Part shown: positions 14,765-26,326 of the stretch, in pieces
Numbering within the stretch: the first letter of the stretch is position 1
Layout: every line of letters starts with the position of its first letter
NCBI GenBank assembly: GCA_964016885.1
Contig: OZ024743.1
Location: forward strand, 64,914,001 to 64,978,000
DNA length: 64,000 bases
Reading direction: 5' to 3'
DNA from: Eledone cirrhosa
Lineage: Eukaryota
Program-made: the position numbers and the translations under genes
Notes under the pieces: generated by a model
Told to the model about the DNA's origin: nothing
The model's input: the letters and a program-made list of their open reading frames with translations, nothing else
The model's database searches: none

Positions 14765-15574
14765 TATATATATAACATCTTAGCACTCTCAATGTCAGCC
14801 ACAATAATGGTGATGACATTGAAAGGGGAGAGTGAGCCACTTATGTACTTTTAATGTTGTTGATGTTGATGATGGTTTATAGAGCTGTTTATGGCTGGTT
14901 AGAATGGTGTTATTTATGTGACCTCTGTGATGGTGGCAGCAGTAATTATGGTCAGGTGATAGAGATGGTATGGTGGAATTTGGTGTAGAGATGTTATTTT
15001 TTCTGTTGCTGCTGCTGTTGTTACTGTTGTTGTTGCTGCTGCATATGATGTTGTTGTTGGTAATAGTGGTGTTGGATTGTTCAACTTTGTCTTTCATCAT
15101 TCCGAGGTCAGTAAAATAAAGTACCAGTAACACGCTGGGGTCAATGTAATCACCCCCCCCCCCCCCCCCCAAAAAAAAAATGATTGGCCTTGTGCCTAAA
15201 TGAGGCTAAACAGGCCAGGAAACCATGTCTTACTCATACATTCCACTTTTGACTTGGTTTCTACAGCTGGATGCCCTTTCGAACACCAACCACTTACAGG
15301 GTTGACTAGGTGCTTTTCTTATGGTACCAACACTAGTACTTTATTGAGTGGGCTAGGTACATTTTTATCATGGCACCATCACTGGGGAGACATTGATATG
15401 AGTGTGGGGAAGGTTATACCACTGTGGGAGACGAAGTGTTGGGTCATGGAGGTGACTTTGAAGAGATTGAGTTGCTTCTAATGGTACATTGTCTGACATT
15501 CCATGCTACCATGGGTTAGTCAAGAATGTGAATCAGGCATGTGTTGATATATATATATACATATATATATTTAT

Positions 15575-15680
15575 GGACATCACAGTTACCATTAAAGCCA
15601 GGGATAAGAATGCAGTCAATCTCCATATCAAAGAATCTATTCTATTAGCTGAATACAAACCCTAAATCAACAACAGACTG
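15575..15680 (+). mobile_element. Possible Penelope-type endonuclease C-terminal remnant
   Basis: DITVTIKARDKNAVNLHIKESILLAEYKP*INNR resembles the L.I.ES..I...KP.LN tail. Confidence 0.4.
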
Positions 15681-15844
15681 ACAGACAGACAACAGACTAG
15701 GTCTCCCCATCCAGTGGCTAACATAGACATAAGTACAACACTCCAATCAACTTCAACAAAAGGTACAACCATAGCTCAGAATGAATCGTATTTAACTGGA
15801 TGATGTCTAAAAGCATCTGACTGATAAAATGACAAGTCAGTCAA

Positions 15845-16090
15845 TCATATTGGCAGCCTCCCCACGGCCCTGGTGGACAGAATAGAGAAGGCGTTTCCCC
15901 AGAGGACGGCAAGGGAGACGCGCTGGAAAAGCCATTCCAGCTCACGAGGCTCACACCTGCGGCTGGCCAGCTCAGCGCCTATGGTGGTGAGTAGGGAGGT
16001 AGCCCTAGAGCCGAGGACACCAGAAGTCTCCACTGCCAAGGGTACAACCGCAAACCTGTCGGAGAGTTTGACCTCCTCAGCCCAACGTGC
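15845..16090 (-). mobile_element. CRE-like (restriction-like endonuclease) non-LTR element C-terminus; related pieces ~13040-13160, ~33845-34010, ~48690-48880, ~49230-49360
   Basis: RFAVVPLAVETSGVLG...WLFQRVSLAVLWGNAFSIL matches the recalled CRE-clade RLE C-terminus (P.A.ET.G...QR.S.A..RGNA). Confidence 0.65.
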
Positions 16091-16772
16091 AGCAGAAACT
16101 GGGTTAGTCACAGACTGCACCAGGTTGCAGCTGGAGAATAGATTAGTAGCTTGGGTCACCACGCATCTCTTCACACTCTTTCACTCTCACTACTACAATA
16201 CTACTACTACCACCACCACTAATACTATTACCACCACCACTATCATCACTAATACTATTACCGCTACCACTAATTATACTACTACTACATTCCACTAACT
16301 CACTGCTAACATCAACAAATCACCCCCACCCCACAATGAGGAAGTAAAATAATATTAACACCAGCAACATAAAGTAATAAAATCAATAAATAAATAAACA
16401 AATAAAAGACCCCCTTCTCCTCCATATCATGACCCCCTCCCCCCACACACGCACTTGAACACATACCTGGTGATCTCTTCCTCACTTCCAGAGTAGTTGG
16501 GGACAAAAATCATCACTTTCACATTAAAAAATGCCAGTATAAGAACCACAAATGTATCCTACTCTGAATTAGTTTCCTTAACTCTTCTTTTGCCGAAGGG
16601 ATTTTATGCCAAAATATTAAGGGCCAATGAGACATCTCTAAGGTAACATTCCAACAACTTTGTTATTGTTATTTTTAACAGTTAATGTCTCATTTACATT
16701 GCTGTAGACCCCTGAAAAAAAATATTATTATTTTCTACATTTTCCACAATGCTCCAAGCAAACTACAATACC

Positions 16773-17168
16773 TACTCTCGGGTCCCAAATAATAGTGGGG
16801 TTGGAATATGCAGGGGTGTGGGAATAAGCGGGGAGCAATTGGCAATTTTTCTAGGTTGTGTCTGTTGATTTTCTTTTAAAAACCAGAATTAGTCATTTAG
16901 TTTGCATATTGAGACCCCCAACTCATTATATTTATTTTATAATGTATGGGATTTCTAGTAATGTTCTTTTTTTTGTCATGTAAAATGTTTTTTTTAATGT
17001 ATAAAGAAAATTAATTGTTGTAGGAATGCTATCACTTAAAATAAAATTTCACAGAGATAGATTAGCAAAATTTAATAAGCAGAGGTGGGGGGATTGAAAC
17101 AAGAGCGGAGGGGTTGGAAAAATCCTGAAAAATTGATAAGCAGTGGGGGACAATTATTCGAGAATCGT
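16773..17168. mobile_element. Possible degenerate TIR MITE
   Basis: TACTCTCGGGTCCCAAATAATAGT at the left; partial inverse ACAATTATTCGAGAATCG at the right, cut by a SINE. Confidence 0.4.
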
Positions 17169-17628
17169 TAGAGCGTCAGACAACATGCTTTGTGGCATAT
17201 AGTTACAGCCGTTTACATTCTGAATTCAAACCCTGTCGAGGAATGGTGGTGGTGGAGGTGGCTGTAGTTGTGGTTATGGTGGTGGTTTTGGCAGCAGCTG
17301 TGGTGATGTTGGTGATAGTTGCAGTGGTGGTGGTGGTGGAGGTGGTGGTGGTAGTTTGAAGTTTGCCCTTTGAAAGTAAATTACTTTTAAATCAAAAAAA
17401 AAATGAGAGAACAAGTACATTTGACATAATTACATAATTTAGAAATTGATCTTACATACCCCCACCCAACTGAAGCTACACCTATGACCTTCATTATAAT
17501 CTTACTCCCCAAAACTGGGTTGTGTGTTTTAGAATATGGCTCTCCATGTAAATTCTATTTTCTCTTATCTTCTCTGCTTTTCTTCCTCTCTCTCTCTTCT
17601 GTCTCACCTCTCTCTCTTCTGTCTCACT

Positions 17629-17659
<31 letters not shown>

Positions 17660-18045
17660 ATGTGTGTGTGTCCACAAAGGTTTTAGGCACTATCATTGTT
17701 TACTATCGCACCGTATTGGTACTTGGAGACGAGCCGAATGCTACCATTCTCTTGTACAATGATTCAAGATGATTTTCTCTAATAACCGATTCTTTCACTC
17801 ACTTGTTAATTTGTGTTTGACTTGAGATATGTTGGTGAGTCCTTATGGAGGGGCGGAATGAATAGAATTTTGACTCCTACCATCACGTAAATTTCTGAAC
17901 CAGTGGCCAATCGGTTGACGGCATTTTGTGACGCGTAGGGATTCTAATTATTAATGTACTACTGTGTCGCCTGTCGCATTTACTGCCATAGACAACATGG
18001 AGTGGAATCGAATTCTGTTGATCGATTGGTTATTGATTCAGCGAG

Positions 18046-18158
18046 ACCCGCTGATGAAACCACATGCGCCGATTGTGCATTATTGCATAATAAATGCAGA
18101 CAGTAGAGGCTGTACACTCTCTTGCTGCATTAAGTGTGGCCGAAACTCAAGTATGGGT
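18046..18158 (+). ncRNA. Type I hammerhead ribozyme with long branched stem II (Penelope-like pLTR, ~17700-18290)
   Basis: ACCCG-CTGATGA-AACCACA...TGTGGCC-GAAAC-TCAA-GTA^TGGGT. Stem I ACCCG/TGGGT, stem II CCACA/TGTGG enclosing AATGCAG/CTGCATT. Confidence 0.6.
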
Positions 18159-18309
18159 ATAGATTTATGGTACCCATTTATGTATGTTATATTGAAGCAA
18201 CTAACTTTGTGTCTACTCTGAGATTTTTACATAACCTTACCTATTTTGTACGCTGCGATGCAACTGGTACTGGCAGGGAAACCTTATGTCAACTTATTAT
18301 TATATATAT

Positions 18310-19164
18310 CATCATCATCACCGTTTTATGTCCATTCTTCCACACTAGCATGGGTTAGACGGGTTGTCCTGTTGTGAGCAGTGCCCGGTCGGCTGACCTT
18401 GTCTTGCTCATACAGGAACTGATTCTAGCTTGATTTCTCCAGCTGGATGCCCTTCCTAACACCAACCTCATTTACAGTGAGTGCTGGGTGCTTTTTTTCC
18501 GTGGCACCTACACGTCCACTTTACAGTGTGGGCTGGGTGCTTTTTTGCTGTGGCACCTCCACGACCATTTTGCAGTGGGGGGGGGGGGCATATTGTCTAT
18601 GCTTCAGCTTTGGCTTGTACCCGTGGGGGATCGGGTCTTCTGTATTCCTGCGTGACACCAGAGGTCACGGTTGTGTGTCATCACCTTTGAGAGGTGCAAT
18701 TGGGTAAGGTCGGCTTTTATCACCTCATCCCAGGTCTTCTTGGGTCTCCCCACTCCGTAGCTTCCATCGACTTCTAGTGCTCTGCACCTTTTTATGCATC
18801 TATCATTCTTCATATGCATCACATGTCCATACCAACGCAACCTCCTCTCTTGCACACAGCATTTGATTCCTCTTATGCTCAGTCTCTCTCTCAATTCATT
18901 TATGCTTTGCCGTTCGCGTATATTACTATTACACATCCATCGGAGCATGCAGGTTTCGTTTCTTTCTAATCTACGCAAGTCTTCCATAGACAGCGCCCAG
19001 GTTTCACTACCATGTAACATTGCTGTTCGTATACACGCATCATACAGTCTGCCTTTCATTTTGAGGGAAAAGCCTTTTGCAGCTAGAAGTGGCAGTAGCT
19101 CCCTGAACTTCTTCCATCCCATTCTTACCCTAATTATTGTACTTTCCGAACATCCACCTCCGCT
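18310..19164 (-). mobile_element. RTE-clade LINE 3' fragment, same family as 34200-36185
   Basis: ORF 18604-19122 (GWKKFRELLPLL...RRLRWYGHV...GRPKKTW), matching 3'UTR and (GAT)n tail. Confidence 0.88.
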
Positions 19165-19849
19165 ATATATATATATTTATTTATTTCATGTTTCCTGTTT
19201 AGTATAGGATTTTTTTACTTATTGCAGTCAGTAGACTGTAACCATGCTAAGGCAGTATCTTAATTTAGTTGATCATATCAACTCCTGTTCTTTCATTGAT
19301 CACTTTTTTTTTGTTGTTGTTGACTTGGTAAGTTACAGGACATAAACACTGGCAGACACACACACACGTGTATATATCATCGTCATCATTTTTGTGTCAA
19401 CATTTCCATACTGGCATGGGTTGAATGGGAATTTTTGAGGCAATGTTTTACAGTCAGATACCATGTCTGACACCAATTCTTTTATGTGTACATATATATA
19501 AAGAGTAAAGACCCCATTCAGTCACAAATGACCATGGGATTTGTGTCTAGAAAGTTTCCTCTTCTGAGGCACAAATCCAGGAAAGGTTATTTATAGACAA
19601 CCATCAGTTGCCCACACATACCAGCCTCCCCTCAACACAACACTGATGTTGTCCAAGGGAAAGACAATGGCTGATACAGCTAGGTATCAATGACGTCGCA
19701 ACTCATTTCTACAACGAGTAAACTGGAGCAATGTGAAATAAAGTGTCTTGCTCAAGAACACAACACATCACCCACTCTGAGAATCAAACTCACAAACTCA
19801 TGATTGCAAGCCCAACCCTCTAACCACTAAGTCATAGGCCTTCATACAC

Positions 19850-19912
<63 letters not shown>

Positions 19913-19916
<4 letters not shown>

Positions 19917-20883
19917 GTATAATAAACAATACAATATAATTACCTCATTACCAGAGGTTTCCCGAATAAGACGAATACAAGAAACGTCCTCATTCGTTCG
20001 TCAGACAAGGCAATTTAAAACAGTGAAATATTTGAAAAATCTCCCTCAAGAAAGGCAAAAATTTAACGGGCCAAAAAAAAATATAAATAAAAGTAATGCA
20101 AGAGATATATAAAAATAAAATAAGGAAATATAAGGGTATGTGTATAAATGTGTGTATATGCACCTACAAATGTACATATGTGTGTATGTACAAATGCATG
20201 TGTATAGTGAAAAAATGTGTGCATAAGTACATACATGAGGGCAAGCATATCAGTGTATGTGTGACCACAAATACGTATATAATATATGTTGAAAAAAGAA
20301 ATTGTAATAGAGTTAACGTACATACAGACTCGGGGACTAAGGATTGAAATATATACACATACAAGTATGAAAGCATACATATAAACACACACACACGCGC
20401 AACCACATACATGCAAGTGATATATACAGGGAAGGGAGTGTATCAGTCAAAGCTGTGTCAGGCTGAAGGTCGATACATATATAAAAAATATAAAATATAA
20501 AAATGAAAAAATGAAAAAATATATGAGAATAAAAAAATTAAATCAAAGAGAAAGTAAGAGGGAGAGGTTATCTATTATAAAGTAACACTAGAAAAAATAG
20601 AAAACATACAAGGTTCGTACACACACATATATATATTAAAATATATATATAAATACGTACAGACAAAAGCACATACATGCGTACATACATACAAAAGCGC
20701 GCATATATACACACGAAGCACATATACATACATACATGTACATCTAATCACACGCACGCACGCGACCATATATATATATATATATACATATATAATATAA
20801 GATCAAAAGATGGTTAAAGGAGTTCCATATATTTTATGTGTGTTTTTATATCTATGTTTTTTACATACTTATATATATGTGTG

Positions 20884-20923
<40 letters not shown>

Positions 20924-21617
20924 CACACACACACATATATATAAGTATGTAAAAAACACACATACACACACACATATACACATACACGTGCACATACGAA
21001 TGCATTCGTATACATATACAAACACGTATACACACACATGCACACTTACACGCATACATAGAATATAAAAACCAGCCATATGAATAAATGAGTACAAATT
21101 ATACGCAAGTAAAATACATAAAAGCGGCTGAGGGACAACAGAATATATCTGGAGATGAAAACGCAAGTGACATGTGATATCAAGTAGTGAAAGAAAAGGG
21201 GGAAGTAAAATATGTAAAATTGTGAAGATATAAAGTAAGTGAATCAAAAAGCAGGGGGGGGGGGGGGGTCACTAGTGGATGTGAAGTAAAAATAAAGTTA
21301 AAAATAAAAATAAAAGTAAATTAGAAAGAGAAGTCTGTAAAGAGGGTAATTTAAGGAAAGTGAAGAACAAGAGTTTATGGAGGATAAGTATCTGAAAGTG
21401 AGTTAAGTTTATATGAGCTGGAAAGCAAGTGTGATTTCATGTGTGGGCAACTGGGGAAAATTTCTGTTTTTGCATTTAGGCAGGTTTTTGGTGATTTAAG
21501 GTTCGGTAAAATCTAATATTTCTCACTTATGCAGAGTGCGCATCTTCTTGTTCCCCTTGCATATTCTTTAGATTGGTTCAAAATTGACCAATCTAATTTA
21601 TATTGGATACCTTGGTC
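19913..21617 (-). mobile_element. Penelope-like retroelement, 5'-truncated: GIY-YIG C-terminus, microsatellite-rich 3' region and hammerhead-bearing pLTR
   Basis: 21375-21617 translates DQGIQYKLDWSILNQSKEYARGTRRCALCISEKY*ILPNLKSPKTCLNAKTEIFPSCPH, the recalled PLE endonuclease tail W.I....Y....C.LC..EK..I...LN...E....C.H. Hammerhead at 19938-20015 on the same strand. Ends in (TA)n. Confidence 0.75.
19938..20015 (-). ncRNA. Type I hammerhead ribozyme, near-intact
   Basis: Minus strand reads AATTGCCTTGT-CTGACGA-A-CGAATGAGGACG-loop-CGTCTTATTCG-G-GAAA-CC-TCT-GG-TA^ATGAGGTAATT. Stem I has 11 bp with G.U pairs, stem II about 11 bp, stem III is short, cleavage triplet GUA. A/G mismatch at the base of stem II. 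Confidence 0.75.
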
Positions 21618-23316
21618 TGGTTCTCTGATACCAAACTGCCTGAAACTGTCTCAGGTTCTCTGATACCAAACTGCCTGAAACTGTCTCTGGTTCTCTGATA
21701 CCAAACTGCCTGAGACTGTCTCTGGTTCTCTGATACCAAACTGCCTGAAACTGTCTCTGGTTCTCTGATACCAAACTGCCTGAGACTGTCTCTGGTTCTC
21801 TGATACCAAACTGCCTGAGACTGTCTCTGGTTCTGATACCAAACTGCCTGAGACTGTCTCTGGTTCTCTGATACCAAACTGCCTGAAACTGTCTCTGGTT
21901 CTCTGATACCAAACTACCTGAGACTGTCCCTGGTTCTCTGATACCAAACTGCCTGAGACTGTCTCTGGTTCTCTGATACCAAACTGCCTGAAACTGTCTC
22001 TGTTCTCTGATACCAAACTGCCTGAGACTGTCTCTGGTTCTCTGATACCAAACTGCCTGAAACTGTCTCTGGTTCTCTGATACCAAACTGCCTGAGACTG
22101 TCTCTGGTTCTCTGATACCAAACTGCCTGAAACTGTCTCTGGTTCTCTGATACCAAACTGCCTGAAACTGTCTCTGGTTCTCTGATACCAAACTGCCTGA
22201 AACTGTCTCTGGTTCTCTGATACCAAACTGCCTGAGACTGTCTCTGGTTCTCTGATACCAAACTGCCTGAGACTGTCTCTGGTTCTCTGATACCAAACTG
22301 CCTGAGACTGTCTCTGGTTCTCTGATACCAAACTGCCTGAGACTGTCTCTGGTTCTCTGATACCAAACTGCCTGAGACTGTCTCTGGTTCTCTGATACCA
22401 AACTGCCTGAAACTGTCTCTGGTTCTCTGATACCAAACTGCCTGAGACTGTCTCTGGTTCTCTGATACCAAACTGCCTGAAACTGTCTCTGGTTCTCTGA
22501 TACCAAACTGCCTGAAACTGTCTCTGGTTCTCTGATACCAAACTGCCTGAGACTGTCTCTGGTTCTCTGATACCAAACTGCCTGAGACTGTCTCTGGTTC
22601 TCTGATACCAAACTGCCTGAGACTGTCTCTGGTTCTCTGATACCAAACTGCCTGAGACTGTCTCTGGTTCTCTGATACCAAACTGCCTGAGACTGTCTCT
22701 GGTTCTCTGATACCAAACTGCCTGAAACTGTCTCTGGTTCTCTGATACCAAACTGCCTGAGACTGTCTCTGGTTCTCTGATACCAAACTGCCTGAAACTG
22801 TCTCTGGTTCTCTGATACCAAACTGCCTGAGACTGTCTCTGGTTCTCTGATACCAAACTGCCTGAAACTGTCTCTGGTTCTCTGATACCAAACTGCCTGA
22901 GACTGTCTCTGGTTCTCTGATACCAAACTGCCTGAGACTGTCTCTGGTTCTCTGATACCAAACTGCCTGAAACTGTCTCTGGTTCTCTGATACCAAACTG
23001 CCTGACACTGTCTCTGGTTCTCTGATACCAAACTGCCTGAGACTGTCTCTGGTTCTCTGATACCAAACTGCCTGAGACTGTCTCTGGTTCTCTGATACCA
23101 AACTGCCTGAGACTGTCTCTGGTTCTCTGATACCAAACTGCCTGAGACTGTCTCTGGTTCTCTGATACCAAACTGCCTGAGACTGTCTCTGGTTCTCTGA
23201 TACCAAACTGCCTGAGACTGTCTCTGGTTCTCTGATACCAAACTGCCTGAGACTGTCTCTGGTTCTCTGATACCAAACTGCCTGAGACTGTCTCTGGTTC
23301 TCTGATACCAAACTGC
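21616..23316. repeat. 35-bp tandem array A (~48 copies)
   Basis: Unit TCTCTGATACCAAACTGCCTGA[G/A]ACTGTCTCTGGT. Almost invariant apart from one G/A site and a few small indels. Confidence 0.97.
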
Positions 23317-23672
23317 TCATTCTAAAGAGTTCAATTAAATTAAAACCTCCCATCATAATTTTATGTAGCAGTGGTGATGGTATTGGTGGTGACAATGTCT
23401 ATCATCATCATAGATAATGGAAATGATAGCAATGCTATTGGTGAGGTGGTGGGGATAGTAGGGAGGAGGGGGTGATAAGGAAATGAGGATGGTGATGACA
23501 ATGATTAAGGTGTTGAAGATGTGAATAGTGATGATTTTATTGATATTGGTATTGCCGATTTTGTAGTTGATGATGATGGTGATGGTCATGATAATGATGA
23601 TGATTTTTTTTTTTTCTAATCCCCTTCACCAGATAGCTTCTCTCCATAGATTCCATCTCCTAACTTGCCCAG

Positions 23673-23748
23673 ATGGAAGTACAAACAACACAGTTTAAAA
23701 GATCGATACTAGTTGATGGAGTCATTGACTTCACAGCTGGGACTGCAG
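23673..23748 (+). CDS. SLC25A15: Mitochondrial ornithine carrier, coding exon 1 (MEVQTTQFKRSILVDGVIDFTAGTA-G)
   Basis: Not in the ORF track. Translated by hand from ATG 23673. IDFTAGTAG matches the ORNT1 N-terminus (IDLTAGAAG). Ends at donor G|GTAAG in phase 1, matching the next exon. An upstream T-tract/CAG (AG 23631-23632) suggests a further 5' non-coding exon. Confidence 0.85.
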
Positions 23749-24539
23749 GTAAGATTAAAACCCTCTCATTTTAACCCTTACATATATTTGCAATGATTTT
23801 ATTTTTACAGTTGTCATACAGAGCATATCTACTGTGATCTTTCCATCAATATTTATTGAGGAATATCTAACTTCAGACTTGGTTTATTTCCTACTTAATA
23901 GTTTCTAATTTTTAGACAAGGCCAGCAATTTGGGGAGGAAGGAAAAGTCGATTATATTGACACCACTACTTTACTGGTACTTTATTTTATCAGCCTCGAA
24001 AGGATGAAAGGTAAAGTTGACCTAGGCAGGACTTGGAACCAGAACGTAGAGGTTGTAATGAAATCATGCAGTGCAAAAAAAAAAAAAAAAAAAAATGTTA
24101 TTCATCAACATTAAAAATTCTTTAACAATAGCCATCTTCCTTTTTTTGTGTGTGTTTTACCTATATGATACTGGTAACAAAAATATCATGCATTTTTGCA
24201 TGTAAATAGATAAATATATCACTTATTCTGCCCTTGACAATTGATTGGATGAACATGTGAAATATTTTCTAGCATTCTTTTGGCAACTAATCAAATCTTG
24301 TTGATTAATCATATTTCGATGTGTTTATGAATACTTTTGCTTATACAGTGTCACACTGTTTCACTGCATTAACTGTGTGAATAATCAGTATCATAAAACT
24401 TAGAATTACTATTAAAAAAGCTTCGACTTCTAATGATATATAAGGTAAATGGCTCTATCAGTAATGACCCTCTAACCCTTCCTAACAAGGGAAACAAACA
24501 TTAAATGATGATGATCTTCTTGTCATATGACACATGCAT

Positions 24540-24860
24540 AATGGTTAGAGAGGCAGATCGAGATTGGTGAGCCAGACTAAGGCGTCGTGTGTAGTATTAT
24601 GGATTGCCTCCAGGCCACCAGGAAAACATCCAAAGGGACAATCCTGAACAACATGTCTGGTCAGTGTCCCCACAGTCACATGCTGTTCAGTGTCCCCACA
24701 GTCACATGCTGTGCTGTCTTTCATTTTCCACCAATGAAGATGATGGGCTGTCCTGGTATGTGTTGTGTGGATCTGATTAAGGGACACCCATTGCTTTCTA
24801 GGAAGGTCAAAGCCGGCTGGGGTCCTGGACGAGGTCTTGGTTAGCAAATTTGGATTCATT
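24540..24860 (-). mobile_element. Vingi/Ingi-like LINE 3' end
   Basis: GFDLPRKQWVSLNQIHT.H...LH.WKM..STACDCG...T..HVVQDCP, a CCHC-type C-terminus. Confidence 0.6.
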
Positions 24861-26255
24861 CCATGATCTTCGCTACCATTCCTTCAGATCAATATTATTG
24901 TCTTCTGACTTGTTACCTTAGTAAATCTAACCACCTTACATAGTATGGCTTTCTAAACACACATACCCTATTTTCAGTTTCCTTTTACACAATGTCTCAA
25001 GTAAACTTTCACACCTTATATATACCGGCGATTCAGTTCGGAACTAGCTTTTGAAATGGCTGGAGCTCAGCCATTGGAGTCCTGAATTTTTCATATTACC
25101 CACTCTACTATCCCAAGGATTGAGTACTCTGATGTGTAATGGTCTAACTGGTTTTTACCGCCTCCATTCTGGTATATAAATATATATATACTTGGTACAC
25201 TCTGCAAAATGTTTAGCACTAGGAAGGGCATTTAGCCATAGAAATTATACCAAATATTGAACATATGAGCACGATGAGGCCTCTTCAACCTGTTTTGTCT
25301 CAGATCATCACTTGTTCAAACCCATGCTAGCATGTAAAAAAGTCTGTCCTAAGTCAGAAAGCTTGTTAGGCTGGTACTTATTCTGGTCTCATGACATACA
25401 AGACTTCCTCTTGGACAGGACGCCAGTCCATCACAGGGCTAGATCCCCAGGTATTGCTGGTACACATTTTCAGCTGAATATACTAAAGCAATGAGAAATG
25501 AAGTGTTTTGCTCAAGAACACAACATGCAACACAGCCTAGGAGTCAAACCCACAACATTATGAATATAAGTCCAACACCTTTACCACTAGGCCATGAGCT
25601 TTCACTAGTATGTAAGGTGGGTGTAAAATAGTGACAATGATGATGATCATTATTCACACCAATTAAAATGTCAACAGGACCCACACCCTACTCACCCCTC
25701 CTTGAATGTAATTTAACTTATTGAAAGTCTATCATTTACTATCCTTAATTTTACTACAAATATTAAATTTGATTTCATTTAGTTCTACTTTTTTCTTCAA
25801 ACCAAGCTACACCTTCCAAAATATACAAAGATAACTATCATTTCAATTCTTCCAGGCAATATCATTTACTGATACCTCACACATACATGTACATACACAC
25901 ATTCTTACAAATACACATACACACACACATACATACATACATGCACAAACACACATATAAATACACACACTGTCACATCACGACTCTGGTTTCGTTAATA
26001 ATGGGAGATATCCTTGTACAGCTTTAAATTTCCATTTCTTATTCAGCTGAGGTGTTCTGTTATATAGATGTATGTATTTGTATATGTATATATTTGTATA
26101 TATATATATATATGTATTGAAGTTTCCGTTGAAAATTGAAAAAGTCAGAGAAATGAAGAGTGCTCTATGTAAGTTACAGAGCTAAATATTTAATGGATAA
26201 TAAACAATACCTCTGGTAATGAGGTAATTATACTGTATTGTTTATTATACATTAA

Positions 26256-26308
<53 letters not shown>

Positions 26309-26326
26309 TGTATATATATGTATATA

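Noticed and set aside
21510-21520. In-frame stop in the PLE endonuclease as a selenocysteine codon
   Set aside because: The stop is TAG, not TGA, it is not at a Cys position, and I saw no SECIS.
21616-23316. Array A unit as a multimeric hammerhead (CTGATAC...GAAAC.GTC)
   Set aside because: The core is CUGAUAC rather than CUGANGA, and the required stems do not form.
21593-23395. 493-547 aa ORFs in all three minus frames
   Set aside because: Artefact of a stop-free 35-bp unit (105-bp translational period). No evidence of a gene.
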